In this document: positions 11,390 to 22,472 of the stretch, piece after piece
Numbering within the stretch: the stretch's first letter is position 1
How the letters are laid out: every line of letters begins with the position of its first letter
Assembly: GCF_000315625.1 (NCBI RefSeq)
Contig: NW_005434570.1
Location: 73,413 to 137,412 of the forward strand
Source: Guillardia theta CCMP2712
Lineage: Eukaryota; Protista; Cryptophyta
Direction of reading: 5' to 3'
Length of the DNA: 64,000 bases
The notes under the pieces: model-generated
What the model was told of the DNA's origin: nothing
The model's database searches: none
Seen by the model: only the letters and a program-made list of their open reading frames with translations
Translations under genes and position numbers: made by a program

Positions 11390-14300
11390 TAAAAACTAAC
11401 GAACTGAAGCCTCTTCTTCTCCCTCGCGCTCCTCCAAGTGCTCGTACTCGCTCGCTGCTCGACTTTTACTCCTTCCCCTTTCACTGGAAACTTCATATCA
11501 GACGAAAGAGAAAGTATTGATCCGGCAATTGCCAACACCTTGGCTCCTGTCAGGATGTGCTTGCGCAGTAGCAGTCGCTCAAGCTGCTTTCTCTCCTCCT
11601 CCGCTCCGACCTAAGGAGTACTGTCATCATTCGAGCGCATTCACGGCTGGAAAAACAGCAAGATGCCGATAGCGCTGGAACTGGAGCTGGAATTGTTGTG
11701 GAGGTGGGTAAAAGTGGTGGTGATCATTGTCATGTGAGGAGGAGGGGGTGGAGATGGAGATGGAGGAGGAGATGGAGATGGAGGTGGTGGAGGAGAAGGA
11801 GGATCAGCAGCAGCAGCAGGTTCTTGCGGTTGTTTTGTGGTTTTGGTGTAGGAACAGGAGCAGTCGGAGGTCTGGAAGCACCACTCTCGTTGTCGTTACT
11901 GTCTCCATGCTCGCTTCTTCGTCCGTCTGTGAAACGTCACCGTGATCTTTGAGATCAGGACGCACTCGAAAGAAGATGAATGTAGGAGGAGGAGGAGGAG
12001 GAGGAGGAGGAGCATGGGAAGTGGGGAGTGAGAAGAGGGGAAGAGCGGGAAGAGCGAGGGGAGACGGGAAGAGGAGGAGGAGGAGGAGGAGGAGGAGGAG
12101 GAGGAGGAAGAGGAGGAGGAGGAGGAGGAGGAGGACAGAACCATTTGATGCTCCGCGGGACGCTGAGTGTCGACAGTTTCCCACCGCTCCTTGTGACGTA
12201 TGGCTTCTTCAACCTGAACCGAAGCTGAGCTGCATGAAACAAGAAAATTAGAGCAGCTCACCGCTGATATCTCTGCTTCCAGCTCTTGGAGAGCTGCGCT
12301 GGCCACGACCATGCTGCGAGTGTTTGCGGGTCAGGAAGAGTTGCAGCCGCAGACCTGCAAGACCTGCTGTTCATGATGGTGTTGTTGACAGCAGAAACAG
12401 CTGACAGCCAGGAAGAAAGTCAGACAACTTCTTTCATCGTGCAGGTCGTGCATTGAAATTTATACATGCCCCTTCCCCCTCACCTTCTCCGAAACGTAGT
12501 GACTCTATCGTCTCCGCCGCATTCTGATTCTCGCACGCACAAGTCACTATCACCTGCAGTCCCAAGTCATGAAAGGCTTTTTACACGTGCAGCATGATCT
12601 CACTGAAGTCACGCAGTTGCCGCCCAGGGCACGTCGGAGGAGGAGGGTGAGTTTTGAGTTGGAGTAAGGGACGTAGGGGTCTTGGTTCACCAGCGCCCGA
12701 ACACAATTCTGCATTCTCAACTGTCAACGAGTCAAACTATGGTCAGACTGCTGGGAAACCTTAAGCGCCAATAGGCCAAGATTGATGTAAATAGCCTCTT
12801 GAATCCTGTCTCCTTTGTTTGGAACCTGCCAGTGTGTGAACATGTGGCAACAGGGGAGAGCTCAAGGGTCATACGTTTCGAGACCCGGATGCTAGAACGG
12901 ATTTTGAAACTGATACAGCGCAGAAGGAGGGTCAGAAAAGTTCAATACGCTAGTAAGAAAGCAGCATGGCATCGAATTTTCGGGGATGGACATCGCAACA
13001 TTAGCATAGACATCAAGTCATGGAATTTCACACTTGTGATCACAGGCTGCATCGTCAAGCTCATCATGTAAATGGAATGGGAGCATCGAGGATGAAGAGA
13101 GAAGGAGCAACGAAGACAACACCTTGCTCTGCTCCGCCGAGGTCAACTAAGCACAGAACGTTCCTGCAGGATGAGCCATCATTCATTTCATCCTGAGCTG
13201 CCCTTGACTGATGCACTATGATGACGGTGTGGGCCCTTGAAGACTTGAGATTCATTGCCGTCTCTGGATGAGAACAACAATAAACCCGAGATGAGAAACT
13301 GTTATCGCATCTCACCTGCTCTCGTTTTTCTTTGCGAGCCCAGCTGAAGCAATCTCGCACACTCGTCGAGGTTCTGGACACGCCTGGACCCTTGTCCACT
13401 TGTGAAGCAAACAATCTCAGTACCCTGGAGTGGTGTCCTTGAAAGAGTTTACCGGAGTACAGCCACGTGAGACAGAGCCTTCTTCTTGGCGTCTTTTGCT
13501 TCTTCTTCTCCAAGAAGATCGATGATCTCATCTCCATACACCTCTACCATCGACAATGAATATTCTAGCAATCCTCCGCCTGTTGCTAAATTTTGTTCTC
13601 TGGCTTTGAAAATCTTTGAAATTTGTATCACTAGGTGTCAAAGTCCTTTGACGGTAAACCTGCTGTATTGCTCGGGGAACAACACCAGAGGAATCAGAAC
13701 AGCCGAAAGGATCGACGTGTTCATCCTCAGGGCCAAAGATGGTGAATGTCTTGCCTGTCGTGAGATTTGCATGTGAGACGTCAAAGTCCACCCACCATCA
13801 TCGATCAGGGATAATGCGAAGACATGAAACTTAAGAGACAGAAGATATCAGATTTAGAGAAGAGGGGATATGAGATTTGACATGAATGTCACTTAAGATC
13901 ACATGCGTCAGGGCTCAACATACAATGAAATCTGCATCGATCAAGATGTGGAGAACAAAAGTGGGTGAATTCAACTCATCATGGAAGAGAACCAGGTCCC
14001 ACACTACAACCAAAGCTGCGGAGCAGGCAGCGATTGCAGTCAAGGAAAAGTTGTTAAAGTTCCCACCAGATCCAGTCTGTCCATACGCCATGATGCAAGC
14101 GTCTTGACCTGACAGTGTTGTTGTTAGATAACATCGCAGAAAGCAGAGGCTCTAGACCTTGCAGGAAGCGATCAACGAATGGTCGACCGGAGACCTCGTA
14201 CACCTCCTCCTGCTTCGACTTCTCCCCGTGCACCTTTGCCATCGTCATTACTGCTTAGCTCTCGGTGCGAGCACTGCCAGCAATCGAGTACATGGTCAAG

Positions 14301-14927
14301 GGAGAAGGGACGAACTCCTGATCCTGGAAGGAATGTCAGACTTTCCCGTGCAGAGTAAGCACGCGTCTAGACGTGCCTGGACAGCACATAAGAACGCTCC
14401 CGTTCCTTCCATCTTGGACCTGAAGTTGGTATCCCAGCCTCATCAACCCAACAGCCCTCTCCACTGAAAGCTACTTCTCACCCATAGCATACACGCTTCC
14501 ACTCTGCGATCAGCCTGCCCTGCGATCAGACGCCAGGTAGGACATCACAGTCTCTGACCTCATTGGGAATGAAGCCTTCGCTCCTGTTGGTGCACATACT
14601 CCCCTCCTCTTCCTGCGAAGAAGTTACCTCTGCATCCCTTCCTTCCTCGCAGTCAGCACAGAAATCTCAGCGTCTTGCCATGGGTCTTCTTTTCCTCCCC
14701 GTGACTCCCATAACAATCGCTTTGCCTGCAGAGTGTCACAGGCATCAGTGCAAGCAAACGAGCAGAGAGGGAGAGACAACTTTCTAGTGACGCAAACGGA
14801 AGAAGGGGAGAAACGATAGGATTGGGAGGAAATGCAAGAGGGAGAGGGGGCGGGGAAGGAGACAGGCAGGCAGGCAGGAAGGCAGGCAGGAAGGCAGGCA
14901 GGCAAGCAGGAAGGCAGGAAGGCAGGA

Positions 14928-14971
<44 letters not shown>

Positions 14972-15011
14972 AGGCAGGCAGGCAGAAAGGCAGGAAGGCA
15001 GGAAGGCAGGA

Positions 15012-15046
<35 letters not shown>

Positions 15047-15566
15047 CAAGCAGGAAGGCAGGCAGGCAAGCAGGCAGGAAGGCAGGCAGGCAAGCAGGAA
15101 GGCAGGAAGGCAGGAAGGCAGGAAGGAAAGAGGGAGGGAGGGAGGGAGGGAGGAAACCTCTAGAGGACTACAGGCCTCGCTACTTTGTATCAATTTGAGC
15201 CTCTGCACAAATCTCTCAGCTGTCAGTTGAGAGCAACAAGACATTCCTGGTGGAGCGGCAGAACGACGGACTTTCCCGCTAGCCCACCACCGTCACAGCA
15301 GAGCGTTGCAAGAGAATGTACAAGAGTATACCTACTGAAGCTGCTCTGCCGACCATGGGCCTTATCCTGGCAGCCACCAGAATATGATAGCTTTCCTTCC
15401 CTCCACCTCCTCGGAGAGCAACTGTGCGGGTGAAGAAGGAGACTTCCCGGCCATGCTGACAGCAGCAGGCGGCTCGCATACAACGGCCCTCCTCCATCCT
15501 CGCGAAGCCTCCTACCGCCATCGCCATCCCCAAACCTAGCATGAGCTTGAGAAGCCCTCCCACCAT
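11390..15566 (-). CDS. Kinesin motor protein with N-terminal signal peptide and LRGG leader (3' end approximate)
   Basis: ILVAARIRP, AYGQTGSG|KTFTIFG, VEVYGDEIIDLL, MNLKSSRAH, LVDLGGAE, INLGLLAL, YVPYSNSKLTLLL; ATG 15566 MVGGLLKLMLGLGMAMAVGG. Confidence 0.85.
12070..12134. repeat. (GGA)n microsatellite, intronic
   Basis: Direct reading. Confidence 0.9.
14863..15125. repeat. (GGCA/GGAA)n tetranucleotide microsatellite in a kinesin intron
   Basis: ~260 bp of GGCA with GGAA interruptions. Confidence 0.95.
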
Positions 15567-15953
15567 TGTTAATCTGTGTTCCGCGAACACCGGCAGACCC
15601 GAAAGTGACTTTGCAACGAGGCACTGGCAGGATTCAGCCTCCGAGCGCCGCCCGGCCCGGCGGCCGGGCGGCCGGGCGGCAGGGAACGGCCCACGCCGGG
15701 TAGCTTGAACTGAGTCAGTGACGGTATCATTAAGGGGGCCAGCCAGCTTTAGGCGGCCATTCCCCCATCAGACTCTGAGTAGGCCATTCCTCCATCTGAC
15801 TATCAAAAATCAACGGTTCATGTCGATCACATGTCATCCTGATGACTGTAAGAACTATGAACAAACTTCTTTTCGTATCCCCCGAATACGCCCCACCACT
15901 ACTGTGGAGTGCTTTTAAGACATCTTCAGCTTCGTCCTCCACTGCTAACGTGT

Positions 15954-16455
15954 ATGCACATGACTTCAACACGCCTTCCTGCTCCTCCCTCCGTCCTCAT
16001 CCAAGCTCGCCCTCGTGCCTCCGACCAACGTGATCAGATCCGCCTGGACCTCCTCACCATCTCCTCCCTCTTCCACCTCCGACAGCTCGAGGCCGCTCGC
16101 ATCCTGGTAAGATGTCGCTTGCTGAGAGTGGAGGAGAGGCGGAGAGGTGGAGAAGAGAGAGGAGGGCAGGAGCTGACGGGGAGGGCAGGGGATCTCGCTG
16201 ACGTCCCTGAAGAGCGCGTGCCGGAGGCTGGGGGTCGAGCGATGGCCGTACACGCGGGAGGCAGTGCAGGAAGCTAAAGGAGTAGCTAGGGAAGAGGAGG
16301 GCACGGGGCAGGGATTGACAAGTGAAAAGCAAGGGCAAGACGCAGAGTTGGAAGCAGAAGAAGAGAGGGAGCACAGGTGGATGGATTGGTACCTGTCCTT
16401 TCCACTGGAAGAGACCTTAGAGGAAGGGGAAGGGGAGGTTAAGATGTCTCCATGA
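15954..16455 (+). CDS. RWP-RK domain protein, type A copy 1 (exons 15954-16106, 16189-16455)
   Basis: Spliced: ISSLFHLRQLEAARIL|GISLTSLKSACRRLGVERWPYTRE...WMDWYLSFP; GTAAG donor, CTGAC branch point, CAG acceptor; frame checked. Confidence 0.9.
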
Positions 16456-17602
16456 AGCATTCCCCTATCAATCGGGTTAACTTTCGACGCAAGTAAAGAA
16501 GATGACAAAGAGACATGCTGTAGCTCAATCTGCCACCGTGCGAAATCAAGCATCGTGATAGTACAACAGCTGCCTTACAAGCTGCGCAGCCTGCCTATGA
16601 TCACGAGCTGGAAGCGTCGATCCTCACTCACCCGCAACAAACGACATTCATGTGTTTGCATCCTCAGTTGTGCTGGAGTTCTCCTCTACCTACCTCTCAG
16701 CCTGTCAGCCGGTGGTTCCGACTGGCCCGGAGCTTCAAGGCTCCGGGATGAGATTGCTCACAGCAGCAGGAAGATCATCAGCGACAAGGACCGTCCGGAG
16801 GAAGTTAGATGACCAGCACGTATCTACAACCTCCTAGGTACTGGCCAGTGCGACATTTGGCCTTTGAATGAGACTAGACAGGAAGATAGCTGCGTATATG
16901 AAGACACTCATCCTTGACTCTACCGAGACATCCGCGAAATCACAAATACAACTATGACTAGCACAGGCTGACCTGTCAGCTGCTCTATCGTGAATGCTGA
17001 GAGATAGTCTCACCCAACACCCACCTGATCATATCCCGGCCTAGCACCTACTGGCTGACTACTTCCTGGTCAAGACATGGTTTGCTGATCCAGACCCTTT
17101 CCTTTCCCATGTGTACTCAGTCACTGCAATTTGGTTGTCTTGACATCTCACTGGGCTCCAGCCCACTGGGCGCATGCCCTCATGCAGTGAAGCGCATCCG
17201 ATCAGCTGCGGTGGACTTTGAAGACAGCGATGCTCGTCAGACCCTAGCAGCCAAGACATTCGTCCGCAAGTATCTCGGTGGAAGGGTTGACAATCTTCAA
17301 CCCTTCCACTTGCACTGCGTTGAGATGTCATTGGATTACTGTCAAGCTAGTTTGCCAAGAGTCCATGCCCTAGTTGTCCCCATGTTGACGACAGTTGTAT
17401 ATCCTGCCGTCGGCGTTGAGCTCCTATATCAAGGACGCGCGGTTTGTCGTCGGACCGGCAAGACAGCTGGCCACCCAATCACTTTGGTAGCCCAGATGAC
17501 TTTGCTTCTTCGCATGTACGACACCTGTCTCTGCCATGCTCTACAGGGCAGACGCTGTGGCGTTATTGTGTTGTCTCAGACCATGTAAGAGTAGAGTCTA
17601 TA

Positions 17603-18218
17603 CTACGAATATTTTACATTCCCAATGCTCCACGGATCGTTCACATCTTGATCGTGGGCGTCATTGTGGTGTGCGTCCCAACTGGGCTTGCGGGGATTGC
17701 CCTCAAATCCTTCGCCGTCCCAGCTAGAGGCCTTATCATCCACAGGAAACGACAGATACCAGTCCATCCACCCTCTCTCTATCTTACTCTCACTCGCTTG
17801 CTGCAAACCATATCCTTGCTCGCTCGGAGATGCTCCAAGTGCGGCGACGTCTGGCTCTGATCCTGTCACGTGTCGCGCAGGCGTTTCAAAGACATCTGTG
17901 CGGTCAGGAGATGTTGCATCCCGCGTGTACGGCCATCGCTCGACCCCCAGCCTCCGGCACGCGCTCTTCAGCGACGTCAGCGAGATCCCCTGCCCTCCCC
18001 GTCAGCTCCTGCCCTCCTCTTTGTTTCCCCTCCTCTCCTCCTCTCTCAGCAAGGGACATTCTTACCAGGATGCGAGCGGCCTCGACCTGTCGGAGGTGGA
18101 AGAGGGAGGAGATGGTGAGGAGGTCAAGGCGGATGTACCTGCGTTGGTCGGAGGCACGAGGGCGAGCTTGGATGAGGACGGAGGGTCCTGTAGCGTGAGG
18201 AGGCTGTTGTGTCGCCAT
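17603..18218 (-). CDS. RWP-RK domain protein, type B copy 1 (exons 18218-18066, 17989-17603)
   Basis: MATQQPPH...FHLRQVEAARIL|GISLTSLKSACRRLGVERWPYTRD...WMDWYLSFP; intact frame. Confidence 0.9.
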
Positions 18219-19053
18219 GGGACCTGTATGCTTGAGGGACTGATGGTACTGAGATGGGGTTTTGGAGACGGCAACGAGCAAGGTAGTGCTCTGGTGGAGC
18301 TATCAAGTGGGAGCACTTGCCAAGATTGGAGCGCCACCGTATACAAATCTCAACGTGCGACTGGGCTCTGATCAGAGCAGGGGCAAACAGACTCCGCCGG
18401 AGCCTTCGTGCATGATTTCCGCCGGAGCCTTCGTGCACGGACTGCTGTCCCCCAAACTTAACTGATACGGAGGCTTCACTTCCTCGCCTCTCCTGATTGT
18501 CCTCGTACTGATTTTTCACTTAACTTTGAGTAAAAGATTGCACCCGGACGGCGACGCGCGGCCCCCGGGCCCCCGGGGCTCCGAGGCCGCGTGCCACAGG
18601 CACGGTGACACATTGAAAAGAGTCTCGGTGTCCGGACCGTGACCCGGACTCCGGATCTAAAGCAGCGGCCCGGCCCTGCCAGTGACTCCGAAACCTGACC
18701 CGGAGAGGGCACTATCAAGTAACCGGGCCAGCCTTCAACTCAGTGGCGGTCACGGTAATATTAAGGGGGCCAGCCAGCTTTAGGTGGCCATTCCCCCATC
18801 AGACTCAGGCTGAGTGGGCCATTCCTCCATCTGACTATCAAAAATCAACGGTTCATGTTGACATGTCATCCTGATGACTGTAAGAAAGTAAGAAAGATGA
18901 ACAAACTTCTTTTCTTCATTTCATATCTCCCCGAATACGCCCCTCAGCCGCTACCGTGTCACGGGAGAAAGTTTGTTTGCTCCGGTTTGCACGTCTTTTT
19001 CAGTCAATAAAAGTTTAAGACATCTTCAGCTTCGTCCTCCACTGCTAACGTGT

Positions 19054-19545
19054 ATGCACATGACTTCAACACACCTTCCTGCTCCTCCCTCCGTCCTCAT
19101 CCAAGCTCGCCCTCGTGCCTCCGACCAACGTGATCAGATCCGCCTGGACCTCCTCACCATCTCCTCCCTCTTCCACCTCCGACAGCTCGAGGCCGCTCGC
19201 ATCCTGGTAAGATGTCGCTTGCTGAGAGAGGCGGAGAGGAGAGGACGAGAGGAGGGCAGGAGCTGACGGGGAGGGCAGGGGATCTCGCTGACGTCGCTGA
19301 AGAGCGCGTGCCGGAGGCTGGGGGTCGAGCGATGGCCGTACACGCGGGAGGCAGTGCAGGAAGCTAAAGGAGTAGCTAGGGAAGAGGAGGGCACGGGGCA
19401 GGGATTGACAAGTGAAAAGCAAGGGCAAGACGCAGAGTTGGAAGCAGAAGAAGAGAGGGAGCACAGGTGGATGGATTGGTACCTGTCCTTTCCACTGGAA
19501 GAGACCTTAGAGGAAGAGGAAGCGGAGGTTAAGATATCTCCATGA
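19054..19545 (+). CDS. RWP-RK protein A copy 2 (intron 19207-19278)
   Basis: Same structure as A1, intact RWP. Confidence 0.88.
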
Positions 19546-20949
19546 AGCATTCCCCTATCAATCGGGTTAACTTTCGACGCAAGTAAAGAAGATGACAAAG
19601 AGACATGCTGTAGCTCAATCTGCCACCGTGCGATATCAAGCATCGTGATAGTACAACAGCTGCCTTACAAGCTGCGCAGCCTGCCCATGATCACGAGCTG
19701 GAAGCGTCGATCTTCACTCACCCGCAACAAACGACATTGAAGTGTTTGCATCCTCAGTTGTGCTGGAGTTCTCCTCAACCTACCTCTCAGCCTGTCAGCC
19801 GGTGGTTCCGACTGGCCAAGGCTCCGGACTGAGGTTGCTCACAGCAGCAGGAAGATCATCAGCAACAAGGACCGTCCGGAGGAAGTTAGATGACCAGCAC
19901 GTATCTACAACCTCCTAGGTACTGGCCAGTACGACATTTGGCCTTTGATTGAGACTAGACAGGAAGATAGCTGAAGAGTATATGAAGACACTCATCCTTG
20001 ACTCTACTGAGACATCCGCGAAATCACAAATACAGCTGTGACTAGTACAGGCTGATTTGTCGGCTGTTCTGTCGTGAATGCTGAGAGATAGTCTCACCCA
20101 ACACCCACCTGACGATATCCCGGCCTAGCACCTACTGGCTGACTACTTCCTGGTCAAGACATGGTTTGCTGATCCAGACCCTTTCCTTTCCCATGTGTAC
20201 TCAGTCACTGCAATTTGGTTGTCTTGACATCTCCCTGGGCTCCAGCCCACTGGGCGCATGCCCTCATGCAGTGAAGCGCATCCGATCAGCTGCGGTGGAC
20301 TTTGAAGACAGCGGTGCTCGTCAGACCCCAGCAGCCAAGACATTCGTCCGCAAGTATCTCGGTGGAAGGGTTGACAATCTTCAACCCTTCCACTTGCACT
20401 GCGTTGAGGTGTCATTGGATTACTGTCAAGCTAGTTTGCCAAGAGTCCATGCCCTAGTTGTCCCCATGTTGACGACAGTTGTATATCCTGCCGTCGGCGT
20501 TGAGCTCCTATATCAAGGACGCGCGGTCTGTCGTCGGACCGGCAAGACAGCTGGCCACCCAATCACTTTGATAGCCCAGATGACTTTGCTTCTTCGCATG
20601 TACGATACCTGTCTCTGCCATGCTCTACAGGGCAGACGCTGTGGCGTTATTGTGTTGTCTCAGACCATGTAAGAGTAGAGTCTATACTACGAATATTTTA
20701 CATTCCCAATGCTCCACAGATCGTTCACATCTTGATCGTGGGCGTCATTGTGGTGTGCGTCCCAACTGGGCTTGCGGGGATTGCCCTCAAATCCTTCGCC
20801 GTCCCAGTTAGAGGCCTTATCATCCACAGGAAACGACAGATACCAGTCCATCCATCCTCTCTCTATCTTACTCTCACTCACTTGCTGCAAACCATATCCT
20901 TGCTCGCTCGGAGATGCTCCAAGTGCGGCGACGTCTGGCTCTGATCCTG

Positions 20950-21307
20950 TCACGTGTCGCGCAGGCGTTTCAAGGCAAAGAGATCTGTGCGGTCAGGAGA
21001 TGTTGCATCCCGCGTGTACGGCCATCGCTCGACCCCCAGCCTCCGGCACGCGCTCTTCAGCGACGTCAGCGAGATCCCCTGCCCTCCCCGTCAGCTCCTG
21101 CCCTCCTCTCCTCTCTGCCTCTCCGCTTCGGAGTCTCAGCAAGCGACATCTTACCAGGATGCGAGCGGCCTCGAGCTGTCGGAGGTGGAAGAGGGAGGAG
21201 ATGGTGAGGAGGTCCAGGCGGATGTACCTGCGTTGGTCGGAGGCACGAGGGCGAGCTTGGATGAGGACGGAGGGTCCTGTAGCGTGAGGAGGCTGTTGTG
21301 TCGCCAT
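20950..21307 (-). CDS. RWP-RK protein B copy 2, C-terminally truncated by a +5 nt frameshift
   Basis: TTTCAAGGCAAAGAG versus TTTCAAAGA in B1/B4/B5; reads ...RWPYTRDATSPDRTDLFALKRLRDT-stop. Confidence 0.8.
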
Positions 21308-22472
21308 GGGACCTGTATGCCAGGCTTGAGGGACTGATGGTACTGAGATGGGGGTTTGGAGACGGCAACGAGCAAGGTAGTGCTCTAGCGAAGCTATCAA
21401 GTGGGAGCACTCGCCAAGATTGGAGCGCCACCGTATACAAATCTCAACGTGCGACTGGGCTCTGATCAGAGCAGGGGCAAACAGACTCTTTATTGACTGA
21501 AAAAGAAAAAAGTGTTGAAGTTGAATCGACGCGAGAAGAGCCCTGCTTTACTACGCTAGTCGAGGAAAAGCTCTTTACTCAAAGTTAAGTTGAAGATCAG
21601 TACGAGGACAGCACTAGTTGAGAGGGGGAATAGCCCTCTGCAGCAAGTCCCGGAGGCCAGTCTTCCATGTCAGCATACTTGACTGAGTATCTTTACTGCC
21701 GGGCTCAATACAGTCACGGCGGCTTCCCTCCGGATCTCCGTCGAGATCGTGACAGTGACCGCCAAATGCTCCGACGCGACAGTCGTGAAGTTTTGACTTC
21801 TTGCTGTGACAGAGCAGCACAAGCCTTGAAGGCCGCTTTCAGGCTTCAAGTTCAATTCCAACTTCCGTTGGCGAGTCACAGCGCCGGGTCGCCGCCCGGC
21901 CGGAGTCCGGCGTGTCGGACTAGCCTGGCAACCAGGTCATTCAAGCCTTGATTGACCGGAGCGTCGGCGCCGCCGCAGGCCCCGGGGCTCGCCGGTGCCT
22001 CACGGTGCCACATTGAAACGCCCGGCCGCCGGTCCGATCAGGGTCGGCCCGGACTCAGTTAGGCTTGAAAGACCCGGATCAGGATAGACAGCCTGACTCG
22101 CCGGAATCTCGGACCCGCCGCCGAGAGACTCTGAGATGACCGGCCCGGCGGGCCGGGCCGCCGCCCGGCTGGCCGCGGCCGTTCCGGGCCCTGCCGCCAA
22201 GGTAACCTTGAACTCAGTGACGGTCACCTGCGGTATCATTAAGGGGGCCAGCCAGCTTTGGGCAGCCATTCCCCCATCAGACTCCAGGCTGAGTGGGCCA
22301 TTCCTCCATCTGACTGTCAAAAATCAACGGTTCACTGAGTCATGTCGACATGTCATCCTGATGACTCTAAGAACTATGAACAAACTTCTTTTCGTATCCC
22401 CCGAACACGCCCCTCCACTACTGTGGAGTGCTTTTAAGACATCTTCAGCTTCGTCCTCCACTGCTAACGTGT

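Noticed and set aside
14624-15244. ORFs with PACL/QAGR repeats
   Set aside because: Translations of the (GGCA)n microsatellite within a kinesin intron
15966-16553. Long antisense ORFs over the RWP-RK genes (also 17664-18371 and equivalents)
   Set aside because: Shadow frames of GC-rich coding sequence that run through introns and change frame between copies
17278-17309. Rho-independent terminator
   Set aside because: Eukaryotic nuclear context and no U-tract
17082-17588. 168-214 aa plus-strand ORF repeated in each array unit, considered as a third gene
   Set aside because: Non-ATG start, truncated by a deletion in unit 3, different frames at the 3' end in units 4-5, and no recognisable domain; kept only as a possible TE relic
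15987-18185. Array unit as a DNA transposon with long TIRs
   Set aside because: The inverted arms are spliced coding exons; no transposase or target-site duplication is seen
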